A stretch of DNA of 64,000 nucleotides from Octopus vulgaris (Eukaryota). A model generated the notes under the pieces. The model was given only the letters and a program-made list of their open reading frames with translations. It was not told where the DNA came from and ran no database searches. Position 1 is the first letter of the stretch; every line of letters begins with the position of its first letter. This document shows, piece after piece, positions 40,323 through 54,435 of this stretch. Both the position numbers and the translations under genes were made by a program. The stretch covers positions 11,284,001 through 11,348,000 of the forward strand of contig OX597820.1 of NCBI GenBank assembly GCA_951406725.2. The letters run 5' to 3'.

Positions 40323-42680
40323 TTTTTTTACCGCTATATGCTTCACTCGACGTGGGGGGCACCTCAGTAAGTTATAGAAAGAAAAATCTCTTCAAAAATA
40401 AAACCTAAATGTCATCTGTTGTATTGAAATAAACATAAATAGCATATTATGAAGAGTTAAAACATTTTTAGTGAAGCTGAAATGGGAGCGATTCCGGCTT
40501 CTGGGTAAAATGTGAGACCAACTAGTTTACTTGCTTTATTCAGCGGAAAAAGAAACATTTTTGTCAGAGACACATTTCTTAAAATCGATTATTCTTATCA
40601 ACTATATCGCAAGAACGTTTGAAACGTTAATCTCTGTAACACTGTTCTTCCATTCATCGAGGAAGGTGGAAATACTTACTGTCTGTATATAACACCTAGA
40701 GCAACATTTTATATTTTACCATCTGAAATGATTTCATTATTTTTGGAGGGTATTAATATAAAATTTTAATAGTTTTGAGTCCACTATAAAGATAAAAAAG
40801 AACTTTACGCAGACAGACATTATTTTTATATTATTTTATTGCTAATGAGTTTTATTGTTCGCTTCAATAAGAAAATAAAAAATTTTGTGTGCAGCGTCAC
40901 ATGTGAAACTGAGTGAGCATGCCAGCTTGTGGTGTAGAATGTATGTGTATACATATATGCCGACATACATACTTTCATACATACATATACATATATATAT
41001 ATACAGTTATGAAGCCAACACGAGGGATCCAGAGATTCTCAGTATAGAAAACCTGTAATACTACTCAAATAATTCGACCTTAAATTTTGAAGACCTCATT
41101 GAGGACTAAGTCTGCAGAGTAAAGAGTGACTAGAAGAGAAATCCAGGTGAGCTAATATAGAGATAATGATTCAAACAAAGAAGTAAACACGCTTGGGTTT
41201 GATATATAAGATATACATACATATAGACATGTAAATATATATGGAGATATATAGAAAAAGAAACTAAAACTAGAAATATTTAGAAGATTAACATTCATGT
41301 ATAAGTATTTAGATACTTATATATCTATATATCTACTGAATAGATTTACATAGAGTACAAAAGATACTGAAGACTGTTCTATATTTAAAAGATGAGGAAT
41401 TATGTACAATGGAACAGTTTCTTGTTTGATACAAAGATCTTACCTTCCCCAGAACATATTAACCCTTAGAAACATCTTCCCAGTCCGCCTCCTTGAAATC
41501 TGCTGGCGTCCAGCTGATTTCATACATACATGTATGTGTGTATTATGTATGTATACTTGGGGGTTATGGTGTTAACAAGACTAACTCAGAAGTCACTGGC
41601 CTCAGAAGTCACTGTAAGTACGAAACACGACTTCACCATTAGCGGCCATTTTCTAGCAGACGATCACACACAAGATTTTATGGACGCATCCTCCATTTAA
41701 ACTCTGGCATCTTATTCACTAAACGATCAGTCGAGTACGTCGTCTGCTCATCTAATAGTGAAGAACTGAAAATTTCCGTTTGACAGCGATGATGTCGATT
41801 GTAAAACGTTTGGACGCTGACAACATTTACGGTTCGTTTGCTTATTTATTTGTATTAAAAGTGTTAAATCAGTATCGTAAAGTGCATAATAGTAACAATT
41901 TCTTTAATGTCTGGAACTGATAAACGGAAAAGAAATGCCGGCAAAAGTTCATTGTGCATTGAAAAATGGTTAGATATTTTTCCATAGAAGAAAATTGGCA
42001 ACTTTGTGTCTAATAAAAAAAAAACTGCTTGCAATTTATAAAAAGTAGTCATGAACGTTAGAATTTGTCCGTGCATAAAGAATATGAAAACTAAAATGGA
42101 TTCTGCCTTTAGACAAACTAACATTAAAAAAAAAATATCTATACGAACAGCAATCTTATTTTAAAATACATTAACGTAACTACTTCCCTAACTCAAGCAA
42201 GTTATGAAATGTAAGAGCTAAAAATAAAATAAAATGACACCACACATTGAAAGTAATGTTATAAAGAGTGTGTCGTTGATGTACGAATTTTAACTCTTGA
42301 GAAGCTCAAATTGTTTGAGAACATTAGTTTTAAATGTATTAAATTCATGGCGAAACATTTGAGTATGCACGAATCAAGTAGCATCAAACTTTACATTTTA
42401 TTCAGTGACTTTGGATTCAATACTGCTATTGTTCGTATCATGGTTGATTAAACACTAGATGTTACATTTAACAGTGAAAGAAGAGAAGAGAGAATCGATA
42501 GCGGAATACGTTACAAACTGTTTCTACCATTTGGATCAATTTCAAAACATATTTTACTAAATTTCCCAAACTATGAGGCTCGACAAAGATTATGCAGAAC
42601 TACTATTGACGTAATGCCAGAAAAAGTCCCAGATTCTAGCAACTTGAATTAATTCCTCGTTCTTTTACAATGCAATAATA

Positions 42681-43247
42681 TTGGATTGTCTGGAAAGTTC
42701 GTGCCGATTTTTAAAGGAAAGAAAAAGGTCAATAAATACTTGCCATTACTTTTCTAATCAACCAGATATGAACCATTTTGTTGCACAATGCGTCTCCATC
42801 TTTCCTTTAACTTGAAAATACCCTCTTCCTTGAATTGAGGTGGTTTCATGGCAAAGAATTCATCAAGGTATATTTTTACGTCATCCAAGGAATTGAAATT
42901 TTTACCATGAAGACTATTCTGCAGAGACCTGAATAAGTGGAAATCCGAAGGAGCAATATCTGGTGAATATAGAGGGTAGGGGTAACACATTCCAGCCGAG
43001 CTGCAGCAATTTTTGTCTGGTTCCCAAAGTATCAAGTGCCGAAAATGAACTTTCTTATCTTCCATTTTAAAGTGTCACAGAATTAACATAGGTTATAAGA
43101 ACCTAAACCTTCTTCCACGAAAAGATAGCTTAAACTGTGCTCTAAATGGAGGTGTAGTAAAATCCTATTTTATGGACTCAATCATGTTCTAAAATAAGTC
43201 GAAAGGTAAGCTACTATAAATCGGCACGAACTTTCCGGACAACCCAA
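42681..43247 (-). mobile_element. Internally deleted mariner element
   Basis: 30-bp TIRs ttggattgtctggaaagttcgtgccgattt / aaatcggcacgaactttccggacaacccaa, TA TSD; ORF joins MEDKKVHFRH to YSPDIAPSDFHLFRSLQN...RWRRIVQQNGSY. Confidence 0.93.
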
Positions 43248-43367
43248 TAATTTGATATCCATATTTAATAGTTTAACTAGATGAGTATTTTATAACTCCT
43301 ATGGAAGACATTCATTTTGAAAAGATTGGTACTAAAAATTACATTACAGTATTTATTCTTAGAACTA

Positions 43368-43710
43368 GGTATGGCCGTGTGGTTAAGAAGCTCAGATTTT
43401 AACTATGTGGTCTCGGGTTCAGTCCCACTCTGCGGAATCTTGCGCAAGTGTCTTCCACTATAGCTCCGGACCGAATAATGCTTTATGAGTAAATTTGTTA
43501 GGCGGAAACTGTGCGGAAGCCTCTCTTATATGTGTGTATGTGTATGTCTTCGTATATGTTTACCACCACCGCTTCACAACCGATGTTCTATTTACGTCCT
43601 CGTAAATTATCAATTCGGTAAAAGTGAGCGATAGTTTAAGTACATTTAAAAATAAGTATTGGGGTCAATTTATGACACGAAACACTTCAAGCCGATGTTC
43701 CAGCAAAAAG
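43368..43710 (+). mobile_element. Diverged SINE family A
   Basis: ggtatggccgtgtggttaagaagc...gggttcagtcccac head and tail blocks. Confidence 0.8.
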
Positions 43711-44029
43711 AAATAAAAACATATAAAAAGCTAAGAGAATATTTTCTTTATACAAATATTTTAAAAAACAGTTTTGGAGAATTCTTGGCTTTGAAATTAT
43801 CTCCCCTTCTCAAGTAGAACTGGTCTTAATTGCTATTTAGCAATTATGATACATCTTCAAGAGTCGGAGATAGGAGATACATTAAATAAATCAAGAATTT
43901 ATGTGTGAGGTATTTGATACACCTGTATTTATCTGTGATTCAGATACATCCCACTGGCCAATTTGAGATTTTTATCTGAAAATTTTGCATGCTAGATTTT
44001 ATGATATTAATAATTATATTACAAACTTT

Positions 44030-44705
44030 GACGGGGAAATGGCAGAATGATCAGTACGCCGAACGAAATTCTCAGCGGCATTTTGTCCGTCTTTACGTTC
44101 TGAGTTTAAATTTCACCGAGGTCAATTTTGCCTTTCAGCCTTTCGGGGTCTATAAAGTAAGTACCAGTTGCATACTGGATCGATCTAATCGAGTAGCCCC
44201 ACTCCCCCAAAATTGTCAGGCCTTGTGCCTAGACTATGAAAGAATAATTATGTTAGAAACCAAGGCGTGGAACTGGCAGAAACGTCAGTACGCCGGACAA
44301 AATTCACTGCGGCATTTCGTTCGACTATACGTTCTGAGTTCAAATTCCGCCGAGGTGGACATTGCCTTTCATCCTTTCGAGGTTAATAAATTAAGTACCT
44401 GTTGCATACTGGGGTCGATCTAATCAACAGGCCCCACTCCCCCCAAATTTCAGGCCTTGTGCCTAGAGTAGAAAAGAATATTAAAAAGAAGGCAGCAAGC
44501 TGGCAGAAACGTCAGCACGTCAAGCGAAATACGTAGTGGTATTTCGTCTGTTTTTACGCTCAGAGTTCAAATTCTGCCGAGATCAACTTTGCCTTTTTTT
44601 TTGTCGATCTCATGATCGATAAAACAATGACTAATTGAATACTGGGATCGATTTAATCGACTTAACTCCTCCCACAAAGCTGCTGACGTAAGCCAAAATT
44701 TGAAA
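44030..44705 (+). mobile_element. Three head-to-tail full SINE family B monomers
   Basis: Each has its own head (tggcagaa at ~44040, 44274, 44501) and a ggccttgtgcctaga-type or related tail. Confidence 0.85.
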
Positions 44706-45021
44706 TCAATGATTATATTACCAACCAACAAAGAATCACTGCGCATCAATCCCATCTAGCATCTCTTACTTTTCCAAAAGCAAAGATGAACCAACCGTCT
44801 GATTAATTTGCGAAGTAAAAGGTTTCAGACAAAATTATACTTAGTGGCGTCTTTGGTTGTCCGGTAATTAAAGTATGATAACTATCCGGTTAATTAATGT
44901 ATTGTGACACTTTAATTAGTTATTCAGTGTGGTCGTGTGCATATTTATGAATTTGTAAAATTAAAGACTCGTAATTTTTTCCCGGTGCAAATGGCCCTCG
45001 TTGGTTCAAATGCACTTAGAC

Positions 45022-45183
45022 ATAATAATAACAATAACAACAGTAATAATAATAATGATAATAATAACAATAATGATAATAATAATAATAATAATAACAA
45101 TAACAACAACAACAATAACAACGACGACGACGACAACAACAACAACAACAACAATAATAATAATAATAATAATAATAAAAATA
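45022..45183. repeat. (AAT)/(AAC)/(GAC) microsatellite
   Basis: Directly visible. Confidence 0.92.
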
Positions 45184-45596
45184 AGGTTGCCCTCACCTCC
45201 GACCTAAAACTTAATGGCTTAATAATCAACGTTATTTATATATGCATAGAAGTGTATAAAATTCGGTATCTACGCATTTCTGATAAGAAACTAAATAATT
45301 ATTTCAATTTTGAGGAAAAACAAATTTAGGTTGGTAAACGAAATTCTTAATCATTTTTTTTATCAATAACGTATTTTGGAAATTTTAAATAATCAAAACA
45401 ATATATATATATATGTGTGTGTGTGTTACAAAAAGAAAATATCTTTATTATCATCTTATAATCATCTCATAATAATGACTTTTATGACTCTTATTACTAC
45501 CTCAGTCAATCTTAATGTATATATTTGTTGTTACCTGTTATAAATAGCCTTTTTTTATTTGCAATGTGCATTTTCGTTGATTTTTCATATTTTACC

Positions 45597-45644
<48 letters not shown>

Positions 45645-45766
45645 AGGTCCCGAGTTGATTCGGGGTTAACCACAGTAAATAATGTACTCAATACATAGCA
45701 GAGTAAAATTAATTTATTATATAGAAGGAGCTTCTACAGGACTAGAACTGTTTCATTCAAGAGAAT

Positions 45767-45815
45767 GCTTCCTGATGATTTCTCTTGAATGAAACAGTTC
45801 TAGTCCTGTAGAAGC
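45767..45815 (+). ncRNA. Type I hammerhead ribozyme motif in family H2 element (45643-45830)
   Basis: GCUUC CUGAUGA U-UUC ucuu GAA-U GAA ACAG uucuaguc CUGU A^ GAAGC: stems I, II, III and GUA triplet. Confidence 0.8.
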
Positions 45816-45821
45816 TCCTTC

Positions 45822-45876
<55 letters not shown>

Positions 45877-45877
<1 letters not shown>

Positions 45878-47085
45878 TGGGTCATCCCACAAATAATGCG
45901 GGTTTTTTAATTGCATAAGCTAAAAGTCGGATGGGAACAAGATAAATTACCTGCATAAACTTGCTATAAGAGCGGGTAGTCATTTTACTTTATCCTTATT
46001 CTTCGTGCAAGCTTTGAAGAGTTCAGTTCGGTTTTAGCAGTTACTTTATCAAATCAATAAAGGAATCGACAAAGGAGCATATTCGGCATATTTTGCTGTA
46101 TGAGTTCAATAAAGGCAACAATGCAACGGAAAATGCAAGGAATATTAATGCAACTGGACAATAAGCCGGAAATTCTGAGCCGGAAACTACTGTATAGAAG
46201 ACGAGCCTCGTCCTGGAAGATCTGTAGAGCTCGACGAGGACGTCCTGCAAACCCTCATGGAACGAAATCTTATCGTAACTTTTGAGGAATTAGCAAAGAA
46301 GCTTGGATTTGGTCATTCAACCATTAATCCACACCTTCATACCATTGGAAAAGTCATCAAATTGGGTCTATAGGTTTCTCACACATTTTCCGAGTCTAAT
46401 CGCGCGCAGAGAGTGAATATGTACTCTTTTTTTGCTGTCACGTCTCATGAATGAATCTTTTTGGGACCGAATAGTGACTGGTAAGAAAAATATGGGCTCT
46501 CCATAAAAATGTCAAATGCCGAAGACAGTGGGTAGGGAAAGGAGAAACACCGGCACCCCAGGCCAAAGAAGGTCTTCACCCAAGTAGATTGTTGTTATCT
46601 GTTTTTGTTAGGATATGAAAGGTTTAGTCCACTTTGAAATTTTAAACCCAAACCAAACGACAACAGAGATCTACTGCAAACAACTAGAGTGGCTTGAGTC
46701 AGCACTAGAAGAAAAACAACCATCTTTGGTTTCAAGGCGAAAGGTGTTCTTCCATCAGGGTGATGTTCGGACACAAACAGCGAAGATGACAGTCCAAAGG
46801 CTGGAACAGTTTGAATGGGAAACGAAGCCCCACTCACCATATTCCCCGGACATTGCCCCAACTGATTATCATTTATTTTGCAGCCTTCAAAATCATTTGG
46901 ACGGAAAAAATATGAATTTGTAGACGAGGTTAGAACAGTAGTGGCGGAGTAGTTTTTGTCACGGACAAGGGAAATTTGGAAGAGGGGCCTTGCAAGTTTA
47001 CCAGATAGATGGAAGAGCATTGTAGAAAATGAAGGAGAGTATATTTTAGATTTAAAACGGATTTTATTTATCTTAATTTTAAAAG
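45877..47085 (+). mobile_element. Decayed near-full-length mariner transposon
   Basis: KEHIRHILLYEFNKGNNATENARNIN N-terminus; PHSPYSPDIAPTDYHLFCSLQNHLDGK; RWKSIVENEGEY; multiple frameshifts; left TIR-like ttgggtcatccc. Confidence 0.9.
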
Positions 47086-47336
47086 AACGAGAATATTGGA
47101 TAAGATCCATAATCTTAATTAGTCACGCTTGGGAACCCATCAGAAAAGGGTAATGGCGTTTGCTTCCGAAAGGATCCTATGGAGCAGGGGCCCTGAAGAC
47201 TACAACCCAGCGGCCTTCCCAGGAATATGGAACAGAGAAGATGGATGAATGGATGGGTGGAGGAGTAGTTGGGTGGGTGGGTGGGTGAATATATATATAT
47301 ACTTCTATATGTGTGTTTGTTTATGTGTATCTATGC

Positions 47337-47401
<65 letters not shown>

Positions 47402-47499
47402 TGTGTGAACTTTTTATGTGAACGGACCGATCAACAAAGTGTTTATTTCAAGTTTCCAAAATACGTGCAACTTATTGATAAAGACCAAGTCAGAAATTA

Positions 47500-47560
<61 letters not shown>

Positions 47561-47764
47561 TCCTTTTTTTATCGGAATTGAAATAATCATTTAATTTGTG
47601 GTCAGAAATGCGTAGATACAGAATTTTAGACACTTATGTGCACATGTAAGTAACGTTCATTATTAAGTTATTAAGTTCTAGTGTTGGGGTGGGGGAACTT
47701 TATTACTACCGGGGTGATTTGTAAGTGCGCCAGTACCTGCGAAGGACATTTGCGCTACTACACC

Positions 47765-47808
<44 letters not shown>

Positions 47809-48960
47809 AACTGTTATTTATATACAGGTAGATGTATGTATGTGTGTGCGTGTATACGTATGTGTATATGCACACGTATGTAGGTAAATGGACATAAATG
47901 TAAACAGATGGACATACAGACGGATCGGTATATGGGTAATATGAACAGTCATACACACACACAGATATGCAAATGAAGAGTGAAACACATGATCATATAC
48001 ACACACACTTCACTTCACACAAGGACACATATGGAGACACACATCCATACATGCATACATAAATACATTCATACATACATACATACATACATACATACAT
48101 GTATGCATGCATACATACATACATACATACATACATACATACGTACATATGCATGCATACATACATACATACATACATACATACGTACGTACGTACATAC
48201 GTACATACATACATACATACATACATACATGCATGCATGCATACATACATACATACATACATACATACGTACGTACATACGTACATACGTACATACATAA
48301 ATACATACATACATACATACATACATACATACATACATACATGTGCATGCGCACACACTGTCACACCCAAATGCGCACACCCAAACCAAAAGAAAGCAGC
48401 TCGGATAACTGACAGAGTCAACGACTATTGAAAAGGTTGCAAGACGCGACGAAATTTCTGCCCACAACCTTCGAAAAGAAAGGACGTGCTTATACCTGTC
48501 TCCTTCATAAGCTTGTCGTCCTCGCGTTCAAAATATTTTTCCTATCGTCTCGACTTAACAACCCTCACCGTTTGTTTTTACTGTTTTGTTCTCCCTATCC
48601 TGTTCTTGTTACCAATTTCACCCTCCGCAAGAAATTCCAAATTTTATTTAATTTGCTTTGCGGGAAGGGCTGTTTCAACGAAGTCGCGTCTTGTCCTTGC
48701 CTTCGTAACGCGGAGTAGAGGAAACAGGGAAAAAGTGAAGAAGGGGAATATTCTTTATGTTGCATGTCTCGTTTCTCTGTTTTTGTTCTTATGTTTTCGT
48801 TTCTCATTGTGTTTAACGTTTTTTTTGATGTCCTGCACCCATACATGCATGTATGTATATATATATATGTAGGTATGTACATATATGTATGTATATATGC
48901 ATATATTTATATATTTATATATTAATGTATGATCGAACGCCACGCATCCTTTTCCAAGTA

Positions 48961-49008
<48 letters not shown>

Positions 49009-50133
49009 TACGTATGTATGTATGTAAGCATGTGTTCATGTATGTATATTGTGTTTCAGTGTGTGTGCGCAAGTAGAGGGAATGTGGTGTGGACATGTAT
49101 ACATTAACCGATGGCCACACACACAAACAGACACACACACGCACATGCACACGCACACGCACGCACGCGCATAAGCATGGAGTGAGGGTTTGCAGTCAAA
49201 ATTGTATGTTGATGCAAAGCAGTTGCATTAAAGCTGCGTTGATATACTTCTATTTTTCTCTTCATAACTTCACACTCTTATCAGCATTATGGTACACACC
49301 ATCTCAATTCTGTCGTGTGTGTGTGTGTGTGTGTGTGTTCTGTATATTATGTAAACCTTTTCTCGTGCGTTCACATACATGCGCATGCGTATCAGCACTG
49401 TATTTTGCAATTGCTACGCAAGTAAACTCTAGGACACTAATGCATTTTTAGTTATTTTCTTAAAGCGCAAATACGGTTTTATGAAGGTTCTTCGCCTTTC
49501 AGATCTATTAGAATCATTTACTTTCATAGTTCAATTATCTGCAGCCTACTTGACTATTATAAACATCATTAACATAATCCAGTGGCTTTCATTCAATGAT
49601 CGGAAACGAATTACATAAATATTGCTTGCCAGAGAATAACCGACTTCAAGGGAAACAACCACAAAATGAATTTGTTTTATGGTTGAAGATAAACGTAGAG
49701 CCTTCGATATAATTCATAGCCATATTTCCGCACGCTGAGGTTTCGGCAGTTTGTTGCCGAACAACCACGCGGTTGGTTTGTTTATGGTGACCAAATGTTT
49801 CAGTTTGCATAAGCTCACTCTCTCCATTAAATCGATATTACCTGTGTACAGGTGCACGAAGTGCCACATGTCATATGATGAAATAGTCGTAGAGCAGCGT
49901 GAAAGGAAGTGTTTTGCTCAAGAACACAACGCAAGCACAACGTGTGTGTGTGTGTGTGTGCGTATTTATGCTAGTATATATGTATATGTATATATATATG
50001 TGTGTGTGTGGTGCATGTGTGTGTGTGTTTATATATATATGTTATATGATTGCTTGTGTATGTGTAGCCTGGGGATAGGTTGAATTAGAGTAAACAACAG
50101 ACAGAAAGAGACAAAGATATGTGTGTGTGTATG

Positions 50134-50165
<32 letters not shown>

Positions 50166-50225
50166 CACATATATGCGTGTGTATATGTGTGTGTGTGTTT
50201 ATATATGTATGTATATATATATAAA

Positions 50226-50267
<42 letters not shown>

Positions 50268-50268
<1 letters not shown>

Positions 50269-50657
50269 TTTTACTCTTTTACTTGTTTCAGTCATTTGAC
50301 TGCGGCCATGCTGGAGCACCGCCTTTAATCGAGCAACTCGACCCCGGGACTTATTCTTTTGTAAGCCCAGTACTTATTCTATCGGTCTCTTTTGCCGAAC
50401 CGCTAAGTAACGGGGACGTAAACACACCAGCATCGGTTGTCAAGCAATGCTAGAGGGACAAACACAACACACACACACACACATATATACATATACATAT
50501 ATACGACAGGCTTCTTTCAGTTTCCGTCTACCAAATCCACTCACAAGGCTTTGGTCATCCTGAGGCTATAGTAGAAGACACTTGCCCAAGGTGCCACACA
50601 GTGCGACTGAACCCGGAACCATGTGATTGGTAAACAAGCTACTTACCACACAGCCAC
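50268..50657 (-). mobile_element. SINE family A
   Basis: Close reverse complement of 10217-10640. Confidence 0.92.
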
Positions 50658-51397
50658 CCCCATATATATATATGTGTGTGTGTATACATTTATTTATATA
50701 CACACATATATATGCGAGAGTGTGTAGATATATGCGTGCGTGTGTGTGTGTGTGTGTATGCGTGCGTGTGTGTGTGAGTGTGTACACATATTTTTGTGTT
50801 CTTGAGAATACAATAAATATTTTATCCACTCAAGGACCACAATAAATATTGCGAATAAAAACTACTGATTAGTAAAATAAATTCTATGCCGCAATTATGT
50901 AAATTCCTAAAACATAAGGAGAAATATGTTTAATATAAAAATATAAAAATACAATATTCTTTTACTTTAAATATTCATTCGAATCTGTTTTTATTTATCT
51001 ATGTATTTATTTATTTATTTTTTGTGCAGTTCTATATAAAGTTCAGCCGGAAGTATTTTCTGAATTTCCAGGAGGCGACAGTCCCCAGCGAATCACTCAT
51101 TTTCAAGAAATTTTTCACGAATATTCTTTTATTCTTTTATCCGTTTCTGTTATTTGACTGCGGCCATGCTAAAGCACCACCCAGGACATATCCTTTGGAA
51201 GCTTAGTACTTAATCTATCGGTTTCTTTTGCCGAACTGCTGCTAAACACACCACCATCGGTTGTCAAGCGATGTTGGTGGGGGACAAACAGTGACACAAA
51301 CATATACATATATATACATATATATATAAATATATATACATATATATATATATATATAAATATATATACATATATATATATATGTACATATATATAT

Positions 51398-51451
<54 letters not shown>

Positions 51452-51454
<3 letters not shown>

Positions 51455-51755
51455 TTCTTTTTACGACCAGGGTATCAGATGTTGCTACACGTCGCTGGTC
51501 ACAATGCGCTTCGCATTGTTTTAGCCTTAAAATGACGCCACCCCGCTGGCTAAGCGAGCAGGCCATCAGAAGAAAAAGCGAGAGAAAGTTGTGGCGAAGG
51601 AGTACAGCAGGGATCGCCACCACCCGGTGCAGGTGCCTCGTGGAGCTTTATGTGTTTTCGCTCAATAAACACTCACAACGCCCGGTCTGGGAAACAAAAC
51701 CGCGATCCTACGACCACGAGTCCGCTGCCCTAACCGCTGGGCCATTGCGCCTCCA
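51452..51755 (-). mobile_element. tRNA-derived SINE family D
   Basis: - strand ggaggcgcaatggcccagcggttagggcagcggactcgtggtcgtaggatcgcggtt... tRNA-like head, distinct body, A-rich end. Confidence 0.75.
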
Positions 51756-51761
51756 CACACA

Positions 51762-51834
<73 letters not shown>

Positions 51835-52410
51835 TTGTATACAAAAATCCGGCCTGCTAAAATTTGGTTAAAGTGATTCAAACTGCAGACTCAACGCAAA
51901 ATGGTCACATTTAATTCAAAGCGTTAAAAATGTTATGAAAGCAATTGGTATGTGTTCACAAAGTCCAAACGATTAATAAGAAAAATCCCTCCAAAATACA
52001 TCCCGAAAATTCGTTTCTTTGCCGAATTTCTACAATGTTTACGGCGATTCGTTTTTATATCTTGACTCTTTATTTTTCATGCAATTTACGCATGCAATTG
52101 CACGCGTGGTGAACACAGTTCACGTCAAACAGCTGACTGAGTAAAGTTCACTATTCAATGCATGGGATAAGGCCTAAACAAACACATTATCGATTTTTGC
52201 ACTTGCGAGATGAATTTCGGAACAGAAATAGCGCAGTTCAATTTTCATTCGCCTAAACATTAAGTGACCCATTGTTGGTGGTTCTACGATTTGTTGGCTA
52301 GGAGGAGATGTGCCGGGAAGTTAAACACACTGACACACACACAGATACACACACAGACACACAAGTTGAGTTATATATATATATAGATATATATAACAAA
52401 GATGTATATT

Positions 52411-52492
52411 CATTATGGTTGTTCAAGCGGCTCCATTTAATTGATTAATGAAAACATTGCATCAATTTGTAAGAAACCGCTCTCGTCAGATG
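52411..52492 (-). ncRNA. Degenerate hammerhead-like motif with extended stem II
   Basis: CAU CUGACGA GAGCGGUUUC...GGAGCCGCUU GAA; related copy near 17000-17035 supplies GAAAC GGUC GUA. Confidence 0.45.
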
Positions 52493-52544
52493 ACTGCATA
52501 GACCTCAAACATAAAGAATAAACCATTTTTTAAAAACAAATTGC

Positions 52545-52736
52545 TTCAGTCTTAGACTGATGCCATACTGGAGTAGCGCCTTGAAGAATTTTTTGACGAA
52601 CGAAGAGACAGCAGAGCTTTTTTGTTAAGTCAGGTACATTTTTTTTATCGGTTAGTTTTTCCGAACCGCTAATTTACAAACCAATACCGATAGAGGAACA
52701 AGCACAAAGACACATATGCAAATATTTGCTTACACA

Positions 52737-52808
<72 letters not shown>

Positions 52809-52950
52809 CGCAGCGGACTCCCATGTAGTTTCCGGCACAAACATTTGCATGGGATTATCGTTAAAAACACTTTTACAAGATGCCGTGCTGTGGGACTGAA
52901 CCTGAAACAACGTGGCAGCAAAACAAGCGTCTTAACAACAAAATCATACC
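52545..52950 (-). mobile_element. Old SINE family A copy
   Basis: Degenerate tail (cagtcttagactgatgccatactggag) and head (gtgggactgaacc). Confidence 0.65.
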
Positions 52951-53537
52951 TGCACTATATATTTGTGTGTCTTTGAATGGTGATGGTGGAAGGAGATGTT
53001 AATGTGCGCGCGTAGAAAGCTAGGTAATAAGGAGGTCAATAGGTAACTTTGTTGAGTGAAGTTAGTTGTTTTGGATGTAGGAATGAGAAAATAATGAGAG
53101 ACCAACATATTAGGGGAGACAGTAGGACGTGCGTCAGACAACATATGACTGCTTAATGTAAGCAAACACCAAGGTTCTCTTTGTTGAAAACGCCAGTCAG
53201 CAAAGAAACTGAATAAGTAGATTGAAATTGTTGAACTTATTAAAAATGTTGGGCATCTTTTCATTGTTTCTTTGACGAAATAAATGAATGGGAATGTAGG
53301 TCAAACCAGTCGGCTGCATATGCACACACACACACGATCACACACAGGCGCGCACACACGCACACACACACGCGTGTGTCTGAATGTGTAATGAATATTA
53401 AACTTCTCCAAGGTTTCTACGTAAGCAATTCATTTGTATGACATACATTCTCTTAAAGCTGATTGTATGTCATTGTGTACGTCTGTATAAACAGTAACAC
53501 ATAATACATGCATGTATGTATACATACATATATATCT

Positions 53538-53579
<42 letters not shown>

Positions 53580-53581
<2 letters not shown>

Positions 53582-53807
53582 CGCAGGAGTGGTTGTGTGG
53601 TAAGTAGCTTGCTTACCAACCACATGTTTCTGAGTTCATTCCCACTGTGTGGCACCTTGGGCGAGTGTCTTCTACTGTAGCCACAGGCTGACCAAAGCCT
53701 TGTAAGTGGATTTGGTAGACAGAAAATGAAAGAAGTCAGTCGTATATGTGTATATATATTGGGGGTGGGGGTGGTAAACAGACACAGAAACATATACACA
53801 CACATCC

Positions 53808-53838
<31 letters not shown>

Positions 53839-54062
53839 TGTGTGTGTATATGTTTCTGTGTCTGTGTTTACCACCCCCGCCCCCGACATCGCTTGACAGT
53901 CGAAGGGGGTGTGTTTACGTCCCCGTAACTTAGCGGTTCGGCAAAAGAGACCGATAGAATAAGTACTAGGCTTACAGAGAATAAGTCCTGGGGATCGATT
54001 TGCTCGAGTAAAGGCGGTGCTACAGCATGGCCGCAGTCAAATGACTGAAACAAGTAAAAGAG
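53580..54062 (+). mobile_element. Full-length SINE family A
   Basis: ggcgcaggagtggttgtgtggtaagtagc ... caagtaaaagag, with a complex internal microsatellite. Confidence 0.92.
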
Positions 54063-54072
54063 TATACAAAAC

Positions 54073-54146
<74 letters not shown>

Positions 54147-54170
54147 TACACAAACGCACACAGATACGCT

Positions 54171-54251
54171 CCAGTTTATATACGTAAGTTGTCAATTAAC
54201 TCATATATTGAGAAAAGCCTGGATGATGTCAATGAACGAATTACAAATGAC

Positions 54252-54325
<74 letters not shown>

Positions 54326-54435
54326 GCAGACACCCGTATGCATATATGCATATGTTATTTGTTCATTCGTTCATTCACATCATCCAGGCTTTTCTCAATA
54401 TATGAGTTAATTGACAACTTACGTATATAAACTGG
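54171..54435. repeat. Inverted repeat (~70-bp arms) around a microsatellite spacer
   Basis: ccagtttatatacgtaagttgtcaattaactcatatattgagaaaagcctggatgatgt and its reverse complement ending at 54435. Confidence 0.9.

Noticed and set aside
41070-41110. Degenerate hammerhead on - strand
   Set aside because: Core reads CUCAAUGA and GAAU; too many mismatches
41586-41615. Tandem ctcagaagtcactg duplication (also a 23-bp duplication at ~61598-61645)
   Set aside because: Simple local duplications with no further structure
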